Source: Bacteroidota bacterium (lineage in GTDB: Bacteria; Bacteroidota; Bacteroidia; JABEUT01). From it: a stretch of DNA of 60,875 bases. The translations under genes were made by a program, and so were the position numbers. Shown here piece after piece: positions 20,079-29,688 of this stretch. How positions within the stretch are numbered: the stretch's first letter is position 1; every line of letters begins with the position of its first letter. Under the pieces are notes generated by a model. That model was given only the letters and a program-made list of their open reading frames with translations. It was not told the origin of the DNA and ran no database searches. Location: NCBI GenBank assembly GCA_013289395.1, contig JABCZY010000001.1, positions 1 through 60,875 on the forward strand, given 5' to 3'.

Positions 20079-21782
20079 TTATGTCACAGGTAGGGTAAAG
20101 TAAAACCTACTACCTTCACCTATTTTACTTTCTACTCCTATTTTACCATTCTGAGCCTCAATAAACTCTTTGGAAATAGCAAGACCCAAGCCTGTTCCGC
20201 TTCTTGAACTACCGGGTACCTGGAAATACCTTTGAAACAAACGGTCTTTATACTTATCCGGAATACCAATACCAAAATCTTTTACTGAGAACTCAACTGT
20301 AGAGTCGTTTTCTTTAACCTGTATAATCATTTTTTGATTCTCAGGACTATATCGAAGTGCATTTGATAGTAAATTGACCATGACCCATACTGTCTTCTCC
20401 GGATCGATCAATACATTCTTTGTTTTTTCAGGGCAACTTATTTCAAGTGCAACGTGTTTTTGCTCTGCTTGCATTCTTATTGTTTCTACTGCATAGTCCA
20501 CAATCTCCTTAGGGTTGGTTTGCCTGAAGTTAAGCTGAATATTACCTGTTTCTACCTGTGTCATATTTAAAAGCTCACTTGTAATATTAAGCAAACGCTC
20601 ACTGTCTTCCTTTATATGATTAATAAGTTGCTTTTGCTCCTCATTTGTATTCCCAACTCTTTGATCAGCCAATAGTTTCAGGCTCATTTTAATAGATGAA
20701 ATTGGCGTTTTTAATGAGTGAGATACCGTAGCAATAAAGTTAGTCTTGGCAAGATCGAGCTCTTTAAATTGGGTGATATTCTTTAGTATAATAACCTCAC
20801 CAATGGGTTGTTCATCAGCTGTTATTTTCAATACTTCTTTTGTAAAATAACTTTCTCTGTTATCGGCATATATTTTAAGTGGAGCTACTCCTTCTTCAGT
20901 AGAAATAAGGGCTCGTAACAGATCATTCTTTAAAGCAACATCAGGTGCATATTTGCCAATGAGTTCAGTGGCATTGATACCCAATATTTTTATAGATGAT
21001 GAATTAACAAAAAGTATTTTCCTTTTTTCATCAAGCCCGATAATAGGATCCTTCATGTTATTAATGATGGTATCAATTCTTTTTTTCTGGAAGATGATCT
21101 TAGCCAGGTTACTGTTATTATACTCATCCAGCTTTTGAGCCATTGCATTAAAGGCTTCGGCTAATTCCCCGAACTCGTCACCTTTCTCAATATGCATCCG
21201 TTGCGAATAGTTCCTGTTAGCTATTTGTTTTATCCCCTCAGTTAGTTTGCTAATGGGGTCGGCAATATACCCTGGGAAGTTGAGGAGCATTGTAAAAGAA
21301 ATAAGAAAAGCTACAGTTGCCAGTATAGCGAGATAAACTTTCAATTTATCTGCTGTTTGCTGAGTTTCATTATTCTTCCTTACAATAGCATTAGTGTTCA
21401 AGTCGCTTATTTTATAAAGGCCCGCCCGTAAGTCTTTTTCAAGTTTTGGGGTTGTAACCGAATCTGCGGTTTTGAGCCTTTCATACATTTCACGCACCGA
21501 AGCAGTTGCATCTTGCTCTCCAACTTCGGTTATATTGCTTTCCTGTGCTTTTAAGTTCTTCTCGAATTTATTCAATGCTTCTGGCTCTTTGGTTTCGTAA
21601 GCATCAATAGCCTGCTGCATATTTTCTGAATACTCAATACTTTCATAATTAGCCTTCAATATATTCTTCGATTCATCGGCAAGGCGATTAATTGCAAGCA
21701 AACCAACAGCGCCAATTAAAACAATCATTACAAAGAAAAAAGTCAAGCCAAGCGACAACTTGGTTTTAATGCGCAATTTCAT
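20079..21782 (-). CDS. Membrane sensor histidine kinase (TM-sensor-TM, HAMP, PAS-like, HisKA, HATPase_c); kinase half of a split KdpD-type sensor
   Basis: 567-aa ORF. HAMP segment ADPISKLTEGIKQIANRNY...FNAMAQKL, H-box FIATVSHSLKTPISSIKMSL, G-box GTGLGLAISKEFIEAQNGKIGVES. Its ATG shares one nt with the TAA of the KdpD N-domain gene (TAATG at 21780-21784). Confidence 0.85.
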   Translation of the reverse strand: MKLRIKTKLSLGLTFFFVMIVLIGAVGLLAINRLADESKNILKANYESIEYSENMQQAIDAYETKEPEALNKFEKNLKAQESNITEVGEQDATASVREMYERLKTADSVTTPKLEKDLRAGLYKISDLNTNAIVRKNNETQQTADKLKVYLAILATVAFLISFTMLLNFPGYIADPISKLTEGIKQIANRNYSQRMHIEKGDEFGELAEAFNAMAQKLDEYNNSNLAKIIFQKKRIDTIINNMKDPIIGLDEKRKILFVNSSSIKILGINATELIGKYAPDVALKNDLLRALISTEEGVAPLKIYADNRESYFTKEVLKITADEQPIGEVIILKNITQFKELDLAKTNFIATVSHSLKTPISSIKMSLKLLADQRVGNTNEEQKQLINHIKEDSERLLNITSELLNMTQVETGNIQLNFRQTNPKEIVDYAVETIRMQAEQKHVALEISCPEKTKNVLIDPEKTVWVMVNLLSNALRYSPENQKMIIQVKENDSTVEFSVKDFGIGIPDKYKDRLFQRYFQVPGSSRSGTGLGLAISKEFIEAQNGKIGVESKIGEGSRFYFTLPVT

Positions 21783-22909
21783 TAGGAGAGAATTATTAGG
21801 TCAATTTCTGATGAAGACATTTTTTGCAGCAACTGGTTGAATACGCCACCACTCATAATCAACTGAAGCAAATTAAAATGAGGCTTACCGATACAAATGG
21901 TTGTGATTTCTTTTTGTTCTGCTGTTTCAATAATTGCAGCTGCTATACTTTTACCAGTAACCTGAATTACTTCAGCGCCAAGCTCGGTTGCCATCTTAAA
22001 ATTGTTTATTAAATGGCGCTGGGCAGCCAGTTCAATGTTATCGGAGTTTTCTTTCTCAGTTTGCACGTATAATACATACCATTTTGAATTATAATATGAA
22101 GCCAGCCTTGCCGCTTTTCTTATTATCATTTTCGACACGTCAGCATTTGAGCTTACACATGCCAGAAAACGTTCAGGGCGCGCTGCAATATTTCTGGGGA
22201 TCTCATTTTCTATTTTCCGTTCAACCTGTGATGTGACTTCCCTCAGGGCCAGCTCCCGGAGCTGTAATATCTTTTCTGCCTGAAAGAAATTTTTAAGTGC
22301 AGTTTCTACTTTTGTTTTGTCATATATTTTACCTTCTTTCAAGCGGGCTATCAGATCATCAGCAGTTAAATCAATATTCACAACTTCATCCGCGGCTTGT
22401 AACACCCTGTCGGGTATACGTTCGCTTACCTCTATGCCGGTTATTTTTTGGATCTCCTCATTTAAACTTTCAATATGCTGAATATTTACTGCGCTTATAA
22501 CATTTATTCCTGCGTCCAATACTTCGAATACATCCTGCCAACGTTTTTCATTCTTGCTGCCCTCAATATTCGAGTGAGCCAACTCATCAATAATTACCAC
22601 CTCAGGATGGGTATTAATAATGGTCTGAGTATCCATTTCTTCCAATTCTTTTCCTTTATAAAAAAGCTTCCGGCGTGGTATTATCGGAAGTCCTTCCAAT
22701 AAGTCGTGGGTTTCTTTTCGGTTATGGGTTTCTATATAACCTAATTGAATATCAATACCGTTTTTTAATAATGTATGCGCTTCTTGCAGCATTCTGTATG
22801 TTTTGCCCACACCAGCACTCATGCCTATATAAACCTTGAACTTACCACGCCTGGATTTGCGGATAAGTTCAAGGAAATGTTCTGCGTTTTGCTCTCTTTC
22901 TTCAGGCAT
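21782..22909 (-). CDS. kdpD: KdpD N-terminal sensor module (KdpD domain + Usp domain) as a stand-alone soluble protein
   Basis: 375-aa ORF. GKFKVYIGMSAGVGKTYRMLQEA...IIDELAHSN...KRWQDV..LLDAGINV.SAVNIQHIESLN matches the conserved KdpD N-terminal (Walker-A-like) domain, and the C-terminal half is Usp-like. It has no TM or kinase region. Confidence 0.85.
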   Translation of the reverse strand: MPEEREQNAEHFLELIRKSRRGKFKVYIGMSAGVGKTYRMLQEAHTLLKNGIDIQLGYIETHNRKETHDLLEGLPIIPRRKLFYKGKELEEMDTQTIINTHPEVVIIDELAHSNIEGSKNEKRWQDVFEVLDAGINVISAVNIQHIESLNEEIQKITGIEVSERIPDRVLQAADEVVNIDLTADDLIARLKEGKIYDKTKVETALKNFFQAEKILQLRELALREVTSQVERKIENEIPRNIAARPERFLACVSSNADVSKMIIRKAARLASYYNSKWYVLYVQTEKENSDNIELAAQRHLINNFKMATELGAEVIQVTGKSIAAAIIETAEQKEITTICIGKPHFNLLQLIMSGGVFNQLLQKMSSSEIDLIILS

Positions 22910-22938
22910 AGCGCAAAGCTATACTGTTTTCAGGCCTC

Positions 22939-24366
22939 TTAGAACCTAACAAGAATTGCCATGATAATTCGATCTTCATGTGTTAAAAGATCAGGTTTCC
23001 AACCCGCCGGAATAGGGGTCGTTGTATAGCCTGTTGGCGATGTAACACCACCCGGGCCAGCAAAATAAGGAACACTGGCGTATCGGTACACATATTCTAA
23101 CCTGAATTCAAAACTCTGACTTGGCAGCCAGCTTATATTAGTAGAGAAATCCATTGCATGAAATTGATCTCCCGGGTTTTGTGTGAAAGGATTTGTACCT
23201 GTTTGTGTAGTTGTTTGTAATACTGTTCCATTTGGCAATACAACTGCAGAAGGGGTAGGAAGATCGCTAGCCTGACCTGTTGGTTCAAGAACTAAATAAC
23301 GACCTGGATTATTCATAACGCCCCCGCCAATTAACCATGCCAGCTTACCGTGTGCAAACCAAATTCTATTGTAAATCATTGCACTTGCAAAATATTGAGC
23401 TGGCCCTTTAGCTGAATCACCACTAACAAAACCATTTACTCCACCCCCTGATTCATCGCCAATATCACCGGTTAATGAGAATGCCATTTGAGTTATACCA
23501 CTTGATGATTTTGGTTTATGAAAATACCTTACTAAAAGACTATTATCGGAGTGGAATCTATGCCTGGCTAAAATGCCCGCTGCATCGGAACCATAATAAT
23601 CGTTTGTTAGAAGTTTTATATTTTCATTAGGACACCATGTGATATTTCCACCAAAACCCGGCATATCATTAAAAGTAGCATAACTCTGCCAACCATTAAT
23701 GAGCCATAATTCAATCTTTAGATTATTTGATGGAAATAGCTGTGTACGTATTCCATTGAAAAACCAAGGAGTATTATCTGATGTATAAGAAGCCTGGTAA
23801 TCCCAGTTTTCAACCTGATAATATGAGTTAAGGCCAATGTATGACATAAATAGTCCACCATCAACATTAATACCATGCCATACATTAAAGTGATATCCTC
23901 CATAGGCTTCACTTATGTAACGATACGCATCCTGCAGATCATATTGTCCACGATAAGGGCTATAATCATTCCTTGGAACCACTTCATCGCGGGTTCCAAA
24001 TTGGGTCATAAATCTTCCCCGTGCCCCTCCGTACGAAAAATCGCCGCCAAAGCCTAATTGTGATATTTGCATTTCATTATCGCGGGATAGTGCAGTAGAA
24101 CCAACAACGGTATGGTCTATAGGATTTGCAAATGAATAAGTTGCATTAGCATCTATAAAAATTTCAGGACTGAAGTACGGTATATGGAATATAGATGAAT
24201 CACGACGGTCGTTACCATTTATCCATGTTTGATCCATGTTGTCAAATGGAGTCTGGTCTGCTATCACATGTTTAGCAGTATCCTTTGCAGGTGTTGTCTG
24301 CGCATTAGCTTGTTGTGTAAGCGCTAAAGCCGCTAATGCAAGTAACGCTGTTTTTCCTGTGTTCAT
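22939..24366 (-). CDS. Outer-membrane porin encoded inside the kdp operon
   Basis: 475-aa ORF with signal peptide ALLALAALALTQQANAQ, a beta-rich aromatic/glycine composition, and a C-terminal ...AILVRF ending in Phe, as in OMP beta-barrels. It lies between kdpC and kdpD. Confidence 0.65.
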   Translation of the reverse strand: MNTGKTALLALAALALTQQANAQTTPAKDTAKHVIADQTPFDNMDQTWINGNDRRDSSIFHIPYFSPEIFIDANATYSFANPIDHTVVGSTALSRDNEMQISQLGFGGDFSYGGARGRFMTQFGTRDEVVPRNDYSPYRGQYDLQDAYRYISEAYGGYHFNVWHGINVDGGLFMSYIGLNSYYQVENWDYQASYTSDNTPWFFNGIRTQLFPSNNLKIELWLINGWQSYATFNDMPGFGGNITWCPNENIKLLTNDYYGSDAAGILARHRFHSDNSLLVRYFHKPKSSSGITQMAFSLTGDIGDESGGGVNGFVSGDSAKGPAQYFASAMIYNRIWFAHGKLAWLIGGGVMNNPGRYLVLEPTGQASDLPTPSAVVLPNGTVLQTTTQTGTNPFTQNPGDQFHAMDFSTNISWLPSQSFEFRLEYVYRYASVPYFAGPGGVTSPTGYTTTPIPAGWKPDLLTHEDRIIMAILVRF

Positions 24367-24406
24367 AGTTGTGTTGATTTATATCTGTTTACTAATTTAC
24401 TGATTA

Positions 24407-24982
24407 TTATTTACTAAGCTCTTTAATTTCATCAAGAGCAATGTTCAATTTCAATACATTTACTTTTTCAGGTCCTAAAATACCTAATAATGGTTTTTCA
24501 GTATGTTCTTCTACCAGTTTCATTAAATCCTGTTCAGATATATGGCGCAATGCAGCCACACGCTTAACTTGAATTTTAGCTCCTTCAGGGCTAAGGTCAG
24601 GATCTAATCCGCTGCCCGATGCAGTTACCAGTTCAGCAGGAATGTCAGCCTTATTAACTCCCGGGTTATGTACCATAAAAGTATCAATAGCTGCCTGTAC
24701 CGATTTTAGGTAATCAGGATTTGTAGGGCCCTTATTACTTGCACCTGAACCGGCTGCATTATAACCCACTGCCGATGGGCGTGGCTGAAAATATTTATCG
24801 CTTTTAAATCCTTGCCCGATATTTTCATAACCTACTACTTTCCCTTTATAGGAAACTGTAACACCATCTCCTCCGCCCGGAGCCAATTTTGCAACTGCAG
24901 CAATAAACAAAGGATACAATATACAAAGTAAGACCAGCAATACGGCTGTGAGTCTTAAGGATGGTAAAAGATATTTTTTCAT
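24407..24982 (-). CDS. kdpC: Potassium-transporting ATPase subunit C
   Basis: 191-aa ORF with a single N-terminal TM. Motifs ASGSGLDPDLSPEGA and GPEKVNVLKLNIALD are typical of KdpC. It sits directly after kdpB. Confidence 0.9.
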   Translation of the reverse strand: MKKYLLPSLRLTAVLLVLLCILYPLFIAAVAKLAPGGGDGVTVSYKGKVVGYENIGQGFKSDKYFQPRPSAVGYNAAGSGASNKGPTNPDYLKSVQAAIDTFMVHNPGVNKADIPAELVTASGSGLDPDLSPEGAKIQVKRVAALRHISEQDLMKLVEEHTEKPLLGILGPEKVNVLKLNIALDEIKELSK

Positions 24983-25001
24983 AATGATTCTGTTTTAAAT
25001 T

Positions 25002-27065
25002 TCACATAAATAAACCAAGTGCCATATCGATCAGTTTTATTCCAATAAAAGGTATAATAATACCACCTAAGCCATAAATAAGCAGGTTACGCCTCAATAA
25101 AGCGCTTGCGCCAATAGGTTTATATTCTACACCTCTTAATGCTAGCGGAATAAGCAATGGAATGATGATGGCATTAAATATAACAGCAGCAAGTATTGCA
25201 CTTTCAGGGCTCTTAAGTCCCATAATATTCAATGCCTGCAATGATGGTATAGTAACAATAAACAGTGCCGGAACTATGGCGAAATATTTTGCCACGTCGT
25301 TTGCAATACTGAAGGTTGTCAAGGTACCACGGGTCATCAGTAACTGTTTCCCTATTTCCACTATTTCAATAAGCTTGGTAGGGTCATTATCCAGGTCGAC
25401 CATATTACCTGCTTCTTTGGCAGCCTGTGTGCCGCTGTTCATGGCAACACCAACATCTGCCTGTGCAAGAGCAGGCGCATCATTGGTACCATCACCCATC
25501 ATAGCAACCAATTTGCCTTCAGCCTGCTCAGCCCGTATGTATGCCATTTTATCTTCAGGCTTAGCTTCAGCTATAAAATCATCTACACCTGCTTTTTCTG
25601 CAATATACTTTGCGGTAAGCGGGTTATCGCCCGTGACCATTACGGTTTTAATACCCATTTTCCTAAGACGTTCAAAGCGTTCTTTAATGCCAGGTTTTAT
25701 AATATCCTGCAATTCTATTACACCAATAACTTTTTTATTTTCTGAAACTACAAGTGGTGTTCCTCCATTTGATGAGATGATCTTTATTCTTTCACCAGTT
25801 TCAGAAGGGAATGAATTACCTGCCTCTATGGCTATTTTTTTAATAGCATCATAGGCACCTTTTCTGATCTGTTTACCATCCGTTAAGTTTATACCACTGC
25901 TACGGGTTTCAGCAGTGAAGTTGATAAGCGTTACCCTTTTAATATCAAAATCTGAAGGAACGGTTACATTTCTTTCTTTAGCCAATGCTACAATTGATTT
26001 ACCTTCCGGTGTTTCATCGGCAAGTGAAGCAATAAGGCAATTCTGTATGAAAAGAAAATCATCAACTCCTGAAGCAGGATAAAAATTGGTGGCTTTACGA
26101 TTACCTATGGTAATGGTTCCTGTTTTATCAAGCAATAATGTGTCAATATCTCCGGCCGTTTCAACTGCCTTACCTGACTTGGTAATTACGTTGGCACGTA
26201 ATGCCCTGTCCATACCGGCAATACCAATTGCGGAAAGAAGCCCGCCTATTGTTGTAGGTATAAGGCAAACAAACAAAGACACAAAAGCTGCAATAGTAAT
26301 CGGTGTTTGTGCATAGTCACCGAATGGTTTTAGTGTAACACATACAATAATAAATACCAGTGTAAAACCTGCAAGCAATATAGTAAGTGCAATTTCATTC
26401 GGTGTTTTTTGCCTTGATGCACCTTCTACCAATGCAATCATTTTATCGAGAAAACTTTCTCCCGGAGATGCAGTTACTTTCACCTTTATTTTATCTGATA
26501 ATACTTTTGTGCCACCTGTTACAGATGATTTATCTCCACCGGATTCCCTTATTACAGGCGCACTCTCACCCGTAATAGCACTTTCATCGATAGACGCAAG
26601 CCCTTCTATTATTTCGCCATCAATGGGTATAATATCACCGGCTTCACAAACAAACACATCACCTTTCTGTAAGGTTGATGAATTTACCACCTGTATTTCG
26701 CCAACATACATTTCGCCAAGGGGTAGTACTTTTTTGGCAGGGGTTTCCTCCCGGGTTTTACGAAGTGAATCAGCCTGTGCTTTACCACGTGCTTCAGCAA
26801 GCGCTTCAGCAAAATTTGCAAATAGTACGGTAAGGAACAGGATTAATGTAATGATAAGATTGTACATCAATGTACCCTGACTTTTATCGTGATTGATAAA
26901 AATATTCGCAGTTACTATGGCCATTACTACTGTGCCTATTTCAACCGTGAACATTACCGGGTTATGCCAGAGAATCCTTGGGTCAAGCTTAACAAAAGAC
27001 TGTTTTAAGGCTCCGTTTACCAGATCTTTTTGAAAGAGTGAAGTATTTTTTTTATTATTAGTCAT
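25002..27065 (-). CDS. kdpB: Potassium-transporting P-type ATPase subunit B
   Basis: 687-aa ORF with the P-type ATPase phosphorylation motif [13 protein letters not shown], plus TGDNPLTA and [18 protein letters not shown] motifs. Confidence 0.95.
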   Translation of the reverse strand: MTNNKKNTSLFQKDLVNGALKQSFVKLDPRILWHNPVMFTVEIGTVVMAIVTANIFINHDKSQGTLMYNLIITLILFLTVLFANFAEALAEARGKAQADSLRKTREETPAKKVLPLGEMYVGEIQVVNSSTLQKGDVFVCEAGDIIPIDGEIIEGLASIDESAITGESAPVIRESGGDKSSVTGGTKVLSDKIKVKVTASPGESFLDKMIALVEGASRQKTPNEIALTILLAGFTLVFIIVCVTLKPFGDYAQTPITIAAFVSLFVCLIPTTIGGLLSAIGIAGMDRALRANVITKSGKAVETAGDIDTLLLDKTGTITIGNRKATNFYPASGVDDFLFIQNCLIASLADETPEGKSIVALAKERNVTVPSDFDIKRVTLINFTAETRSSGINLTDGKQIRKGAYDAIKKIAIEAGNSFPSETGERIKIISSNGGTPLVVSENKKVIGVIELQDIIKPGIKERFERLRKMGIKTVMVTGDNPLTAKYIAEKAGVDDFIAEAKPEDKMAYIRAEQAEGKLVAMMGDGTNDAPALAQADVGVAMNSGTQAAKEAGNMVDLDNDPTKLIEIVEIGKQLLMTRGTLTTFSIANDVAKYFAIVPALFIVTIPSLQALNIMGLKSPESAILAAVIFNAIIIPLLIPLALRGVEYKPIGASALLRRNLLIYGLGGIIIPFIGIKLIDMALGLFM

Positions 27066-27085
27066 AATTCAAATATTCTGTATCG

Positions 27086-28801
27086 TTATTTCATATTGAA
27101 AAGTTCTGCTAATGGGCCTAATGTAAGTGATGGGAAAAATGCAAGAGCTGCAATAATTAATATTACGGCCAAGGTCATTAAACCAAATGTGCCCGTATCA
27201 GTCTTTAGTGTTCCTGCTGATTCTGGTATGTATTTCTTTTGTGCCATTATACCGGCAATAGCGACCGGGGCTATTATTGGAATGAACCTTGAAATTAAAA
27301 GTATAACGCCTGTAGTCACATTCCAGAACATATTATTTGCGGTAAGCCCACCCATTGCTGAGCCATTATTTGCAGCAACAGAAGTATTCTGGTAAAGCAT
27401 TTCCGAGAAGCCATGATACCCTGGGTTTCCAAGCCAGTTTTTTGGCTGGAAAGCCCAATGGATATCAGGATGATAAACCAAAACATACGATGCTAACGCG
27501 GTAAATGAAAGTATAAGAAAAGGATGCAACAAAGCTGCAATGGATGCGATCTTCATTTCTTTCGCTTCAACTTTATGCCCCATAAATTCAGGTGTGCGCC
27601 CTACCATAAGGCCTGAAATGAATACAGCTATAATAATGAATATGTAGTAGTTAAGAAAACCAGCGCCGCAACCGCCATAAAAGCAATTCACCATCATAGC
27701 CATTAATTGCATGGCTGTAGTCATTGGCATATAGCTATCATGTGCGCCATTTGCAGATCCTGTTGATATAATTGTAGTAACCGTACTCCAATACGCTGTA
27801 GCAGGTACACCGAAACGCACTTCCTTGCCTTCCATTGCTGTATTTGTTGGGCTGATACCCATGTGAGCAATGGCAGGATTGCCATGTATCTCTGCCTGGA
27901 GTGTTGGAATAAGGAACATGAACATTCCAATAGTCATCACTCCAAAAATTACATAAGCTAATTTTTTCTTTTTCAAATAAAATCCTAAAGCGAATACCAA
28001 TGCAATAGGTATAACAACCTGCGCTATCATTTCAAGCATATAGGTTAAATAGTTAGGGCATTCAAATGGGTGAGCAGAGTTAGCACCAAACCATCCGCCA
28101 CCATTTGTACCCAAATGCTTAATAGCTATCATAACTGCCGCAGGGCCACGAGATACCTGCGTGGTATCACCCTGCATGGTTATTACTGTGTCCTTACCTT
28201 TATAGCTGGCTGGTGTGCCATTAAATGCCAATATAATTGCTACCAATACAGCACCTGGCAAAAGAAAACGGGTAATACTTTTCACAAAGAAATCCCAGAA
28301 ATTGCCAAGTGTAGTCACACTCTTTTCTTTCATGCCCTTGTAAACTACCATCATAGCTGCTATAGCTGAAGCGGCACTAGCAAAATGCAGGAACATTAAC
28401 ACAAATAATTGAGTGAAATAGGTTACCCCCGTTTCTCCACTATAATCTTGTACATTACAGTTTACCAAAAAACTAATTGCTGTATTAAAAGCTAAGTCTG
28501 GTGTTTGACCAGGATTACGATCAGGGTTTAAGGGTAGTTTATCCTGAAATATAAGTGCAAAGAATGCATATACAAGCCACAATGAACTTATAGTCAGCAT
28601 TGCCTTCATATGACCTTTCCAGCTCATCTCCTCTGTAGGGTCGATACCCGAGAGGCGATAAATAAGACGTTCAAATGGCTTAAGAAAATCAGTCCATACT
28701 TTTTCTCCGGCAAATACTTTGGCTATATACTTTCCTAATGGAATGGCTAATAGTAAAGTAATTCCATACGTAACAATAATACCTGTAATCTCTGTGTTCA
28801 T
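27086..28801 (-). CDS. kdpA: Potassium-transporting ATPase subunit A (K+ channel-like subunit)
   Basis: 571-aa polytopic membrane ORF with KdpA-type selectivity-filter-like segments (GTNGGG, NNGSAMGG). It lies between kdpF and kdpB. Confidence 0.92.
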   Translation of the reverse strand: MNTEITGIIVTYGITLLLAIPLGKYIAKVFAGEKVWTDFLKPFERLIYRLSGIDPTEEMSWKGHMKAMLTISSLWLVYAFFALIFQDKLPLNPDRNPGQTPDLAFNTAISFLVNCNVQDYSGETGVTYFTQLFVLMFLHFASAASAIAAMMVVYKGMKEKSVTTLGNFWDFFVKSITRFLLPGAVLVAIILAFNGTPASYKGKDTVITMQGDTTQVSRGPAAVMIAIKHLGTNGGGWFGANSAHPFECPNYLTYMLEMIAQVVIPIALVFALGFYLKKKKLAYVIFGVMTIGMFMFLIPTLQAEIHGNPAIAHMGISPTNTAMEGKEVRFGVPATAYWSTVTTIISTGSANGAHDSYMPMTTAMQLMAMMVNCFYGGCGAGFLNYYIFIIIAVFISGLMVGRTPEFMGHKVEAKEMKIASIAALLHPFLILSFTALASYVLVYHPDIHWAFQPKNWLGNPGYHGFSEMLYQNTSVAANNGSAMGGLTANNMFWNVTTGVILLISRFIPIIAPVAIAGIMAQKKYIPESAGTLKTDTGTFGLMTLAVILIIAALAFFPSLTLGPLAELFNMK

Positions 28802-28828
28802 AACGAATAGTATAAATACGTTTTGTCT

Positions 28829-28906
28829 CTAAAACTTTTCCGGTTTAATAAGTGCGTAAACCAGATAGCAGAAAACTGCAATGCATAAAATAAATAGTAT
28901 GATCAT
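28829..28906 (-). CDS. kdpF: KdpF small hydrophobic subunit (25 aa), absent from the ORF track
   Basis: My translation is MIILFILCIAVFCYLVYALIKPEKF*. The YLVYALI...F tail matches the E. coli KdpF C-terminus (GYLVYALINAEAF). It ends 27 nt upstream of the kdpA ATG. Confidence 0.85.
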   Translation of the reverse strand: MIILFILCIAVFCYLVYALIKPEKF

Positions 28907-28910
28907 AATT

Positions 28911-28994
28911 TTATATTTTATCGAAAAAGTTAATTGATTTGAATAGTATCCACAGACCAACAATGCATCCGAGGAAAAGAATAAGTGTCATCAT
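28911..28994 (-). CDS. 27-aa hydrophobic mini-ORF immediately upstream of kdpF (hypothetical)
   Basis: My translation is MMTLILFLGCIVGLWILFKSINFFDKI*, a single predicted TM helix. Its stop (28911-28913) lies 4 nt before the kdpF ATG (28906). I recognise no homology. Confidence 0.35.
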   Translation of the reverse strand: MMTLILFLGCIVGLWILFKSINFFDKI

Positions 28995-29056
28995 ACTTTA
29001 CGTTATTTAAAATTTCAATTTTGTTTTTTGCGATATTTCTTATTTTTCAAAAGTCA

Positions 29057-29072
29057 TGCAATAGAGTACCCT
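29057..29072 (-). promoter_or_regulatory. Weaker sigma-54 (-24/-12) promoter candidate upstream of the mini-ORF/kdpF
   Basis: The minus strand reads AGGGTACTCTATTGCA. GG and TTGCA are at the canonical spacing of TGGCAC-N5-TTGCW, but the CAC of the -24 box is missing. Confidence 0.3.
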
Positions 29073-29121
29073 TACATATGACATCCCTCAGTTTGGTATG
29101 TGATATTTCTCAATTGCTTAA

Positions 29122-29490
29122 TTAAGGGTGACTACACGAAGCTTGTTTACGATATTCTTCCATCAGGGAGGCTGGTAAAAGCTCTTTAACCTGTTTAGAT
29201 GCTGCATGAGCCATATCGAAGAAAATAGTTATGGAAAAAACATAGACGTTTTCTATAGCACTTTTCACTTCAGTACTACCTTCTTCATATAGCTGCCCAG
29301 CTGCATTAAAGCAATCACCGATAATGGCTAGGTTTCCTTTTTTTATAAGATCAATTGTATAGTCGGCAAACCTATCTAATACATTACACAATGTACATTC
29401 TGCCGGTTGTTCTATATGTAATTCAGGAATGCTATTTGCAAGGATTGTTTTTACATCGGCACCCTGAATAACTGTATGATTGGTTTCCAT
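29122..29490 (-). CDS. Hypothetical cytoplasmic protein (122 aa) between the regulator and kdpF
   Basis: ORF track only. No signal peptide and no family I can name. Confidence 0.55.
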   Translation of the reverse strand: METNHTVIQGADVKTILANSIPELHIEQPAECTLCNVLDRFADYTIDLIKKGNLAIIGDCFNAAGQLYEEGSTEVKSAIENVYVFSITIFFDMAHAASKQVKELLPASLMEEYRKQASCSHP

Positions 29491-29514
29491 ATTTGTTTTT
29501 TATACAGGCATATA

Positions 29515-29531
29515 ACCAATAACCGTGCCAA
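29515..29531 (-). promoter_or_regulatory. Sigma-54 (-24/-12) promoter candidate upstream of orf122 and the kdp genes
   Basis: The minus strand reads TTGGCACGGTTATTGGT. The -24 box is a perfect TGGCAC, followed by N5 and then TTGG instead of TTGC. The -12 region is about 26 nt from the ATG at 29490. It overlaps the palindrome TGCCAA-N6-TTGGCA (29526-29543). A sigma-54-dependent activator is encoded immediately upstream. Confidence 0.4.
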
Positions 29532-29688
29532 TTACTTTTGGCAGTAAATCAACAATCAACTATAATTCTGATTATCAGTTTATTATAGAGCTTATACTGT
29601 AAGTCAGATAGAAATAGACCATGAAATACCCTTCCATTTTGGTAGGGTAATTATCATTTTGGAAGGCATTAAATTTAAGAGGGAACCT

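Noticed and set aside
25162-26880. Plus-strand ORFs antisense to kdpB (230 aa at 25162..25854, 123 aa at 26509..26880, and others)
   Set aside because: They lie inside a clearly recognisable P-type ATPase gene, have low-complexity translations and no independent signals.
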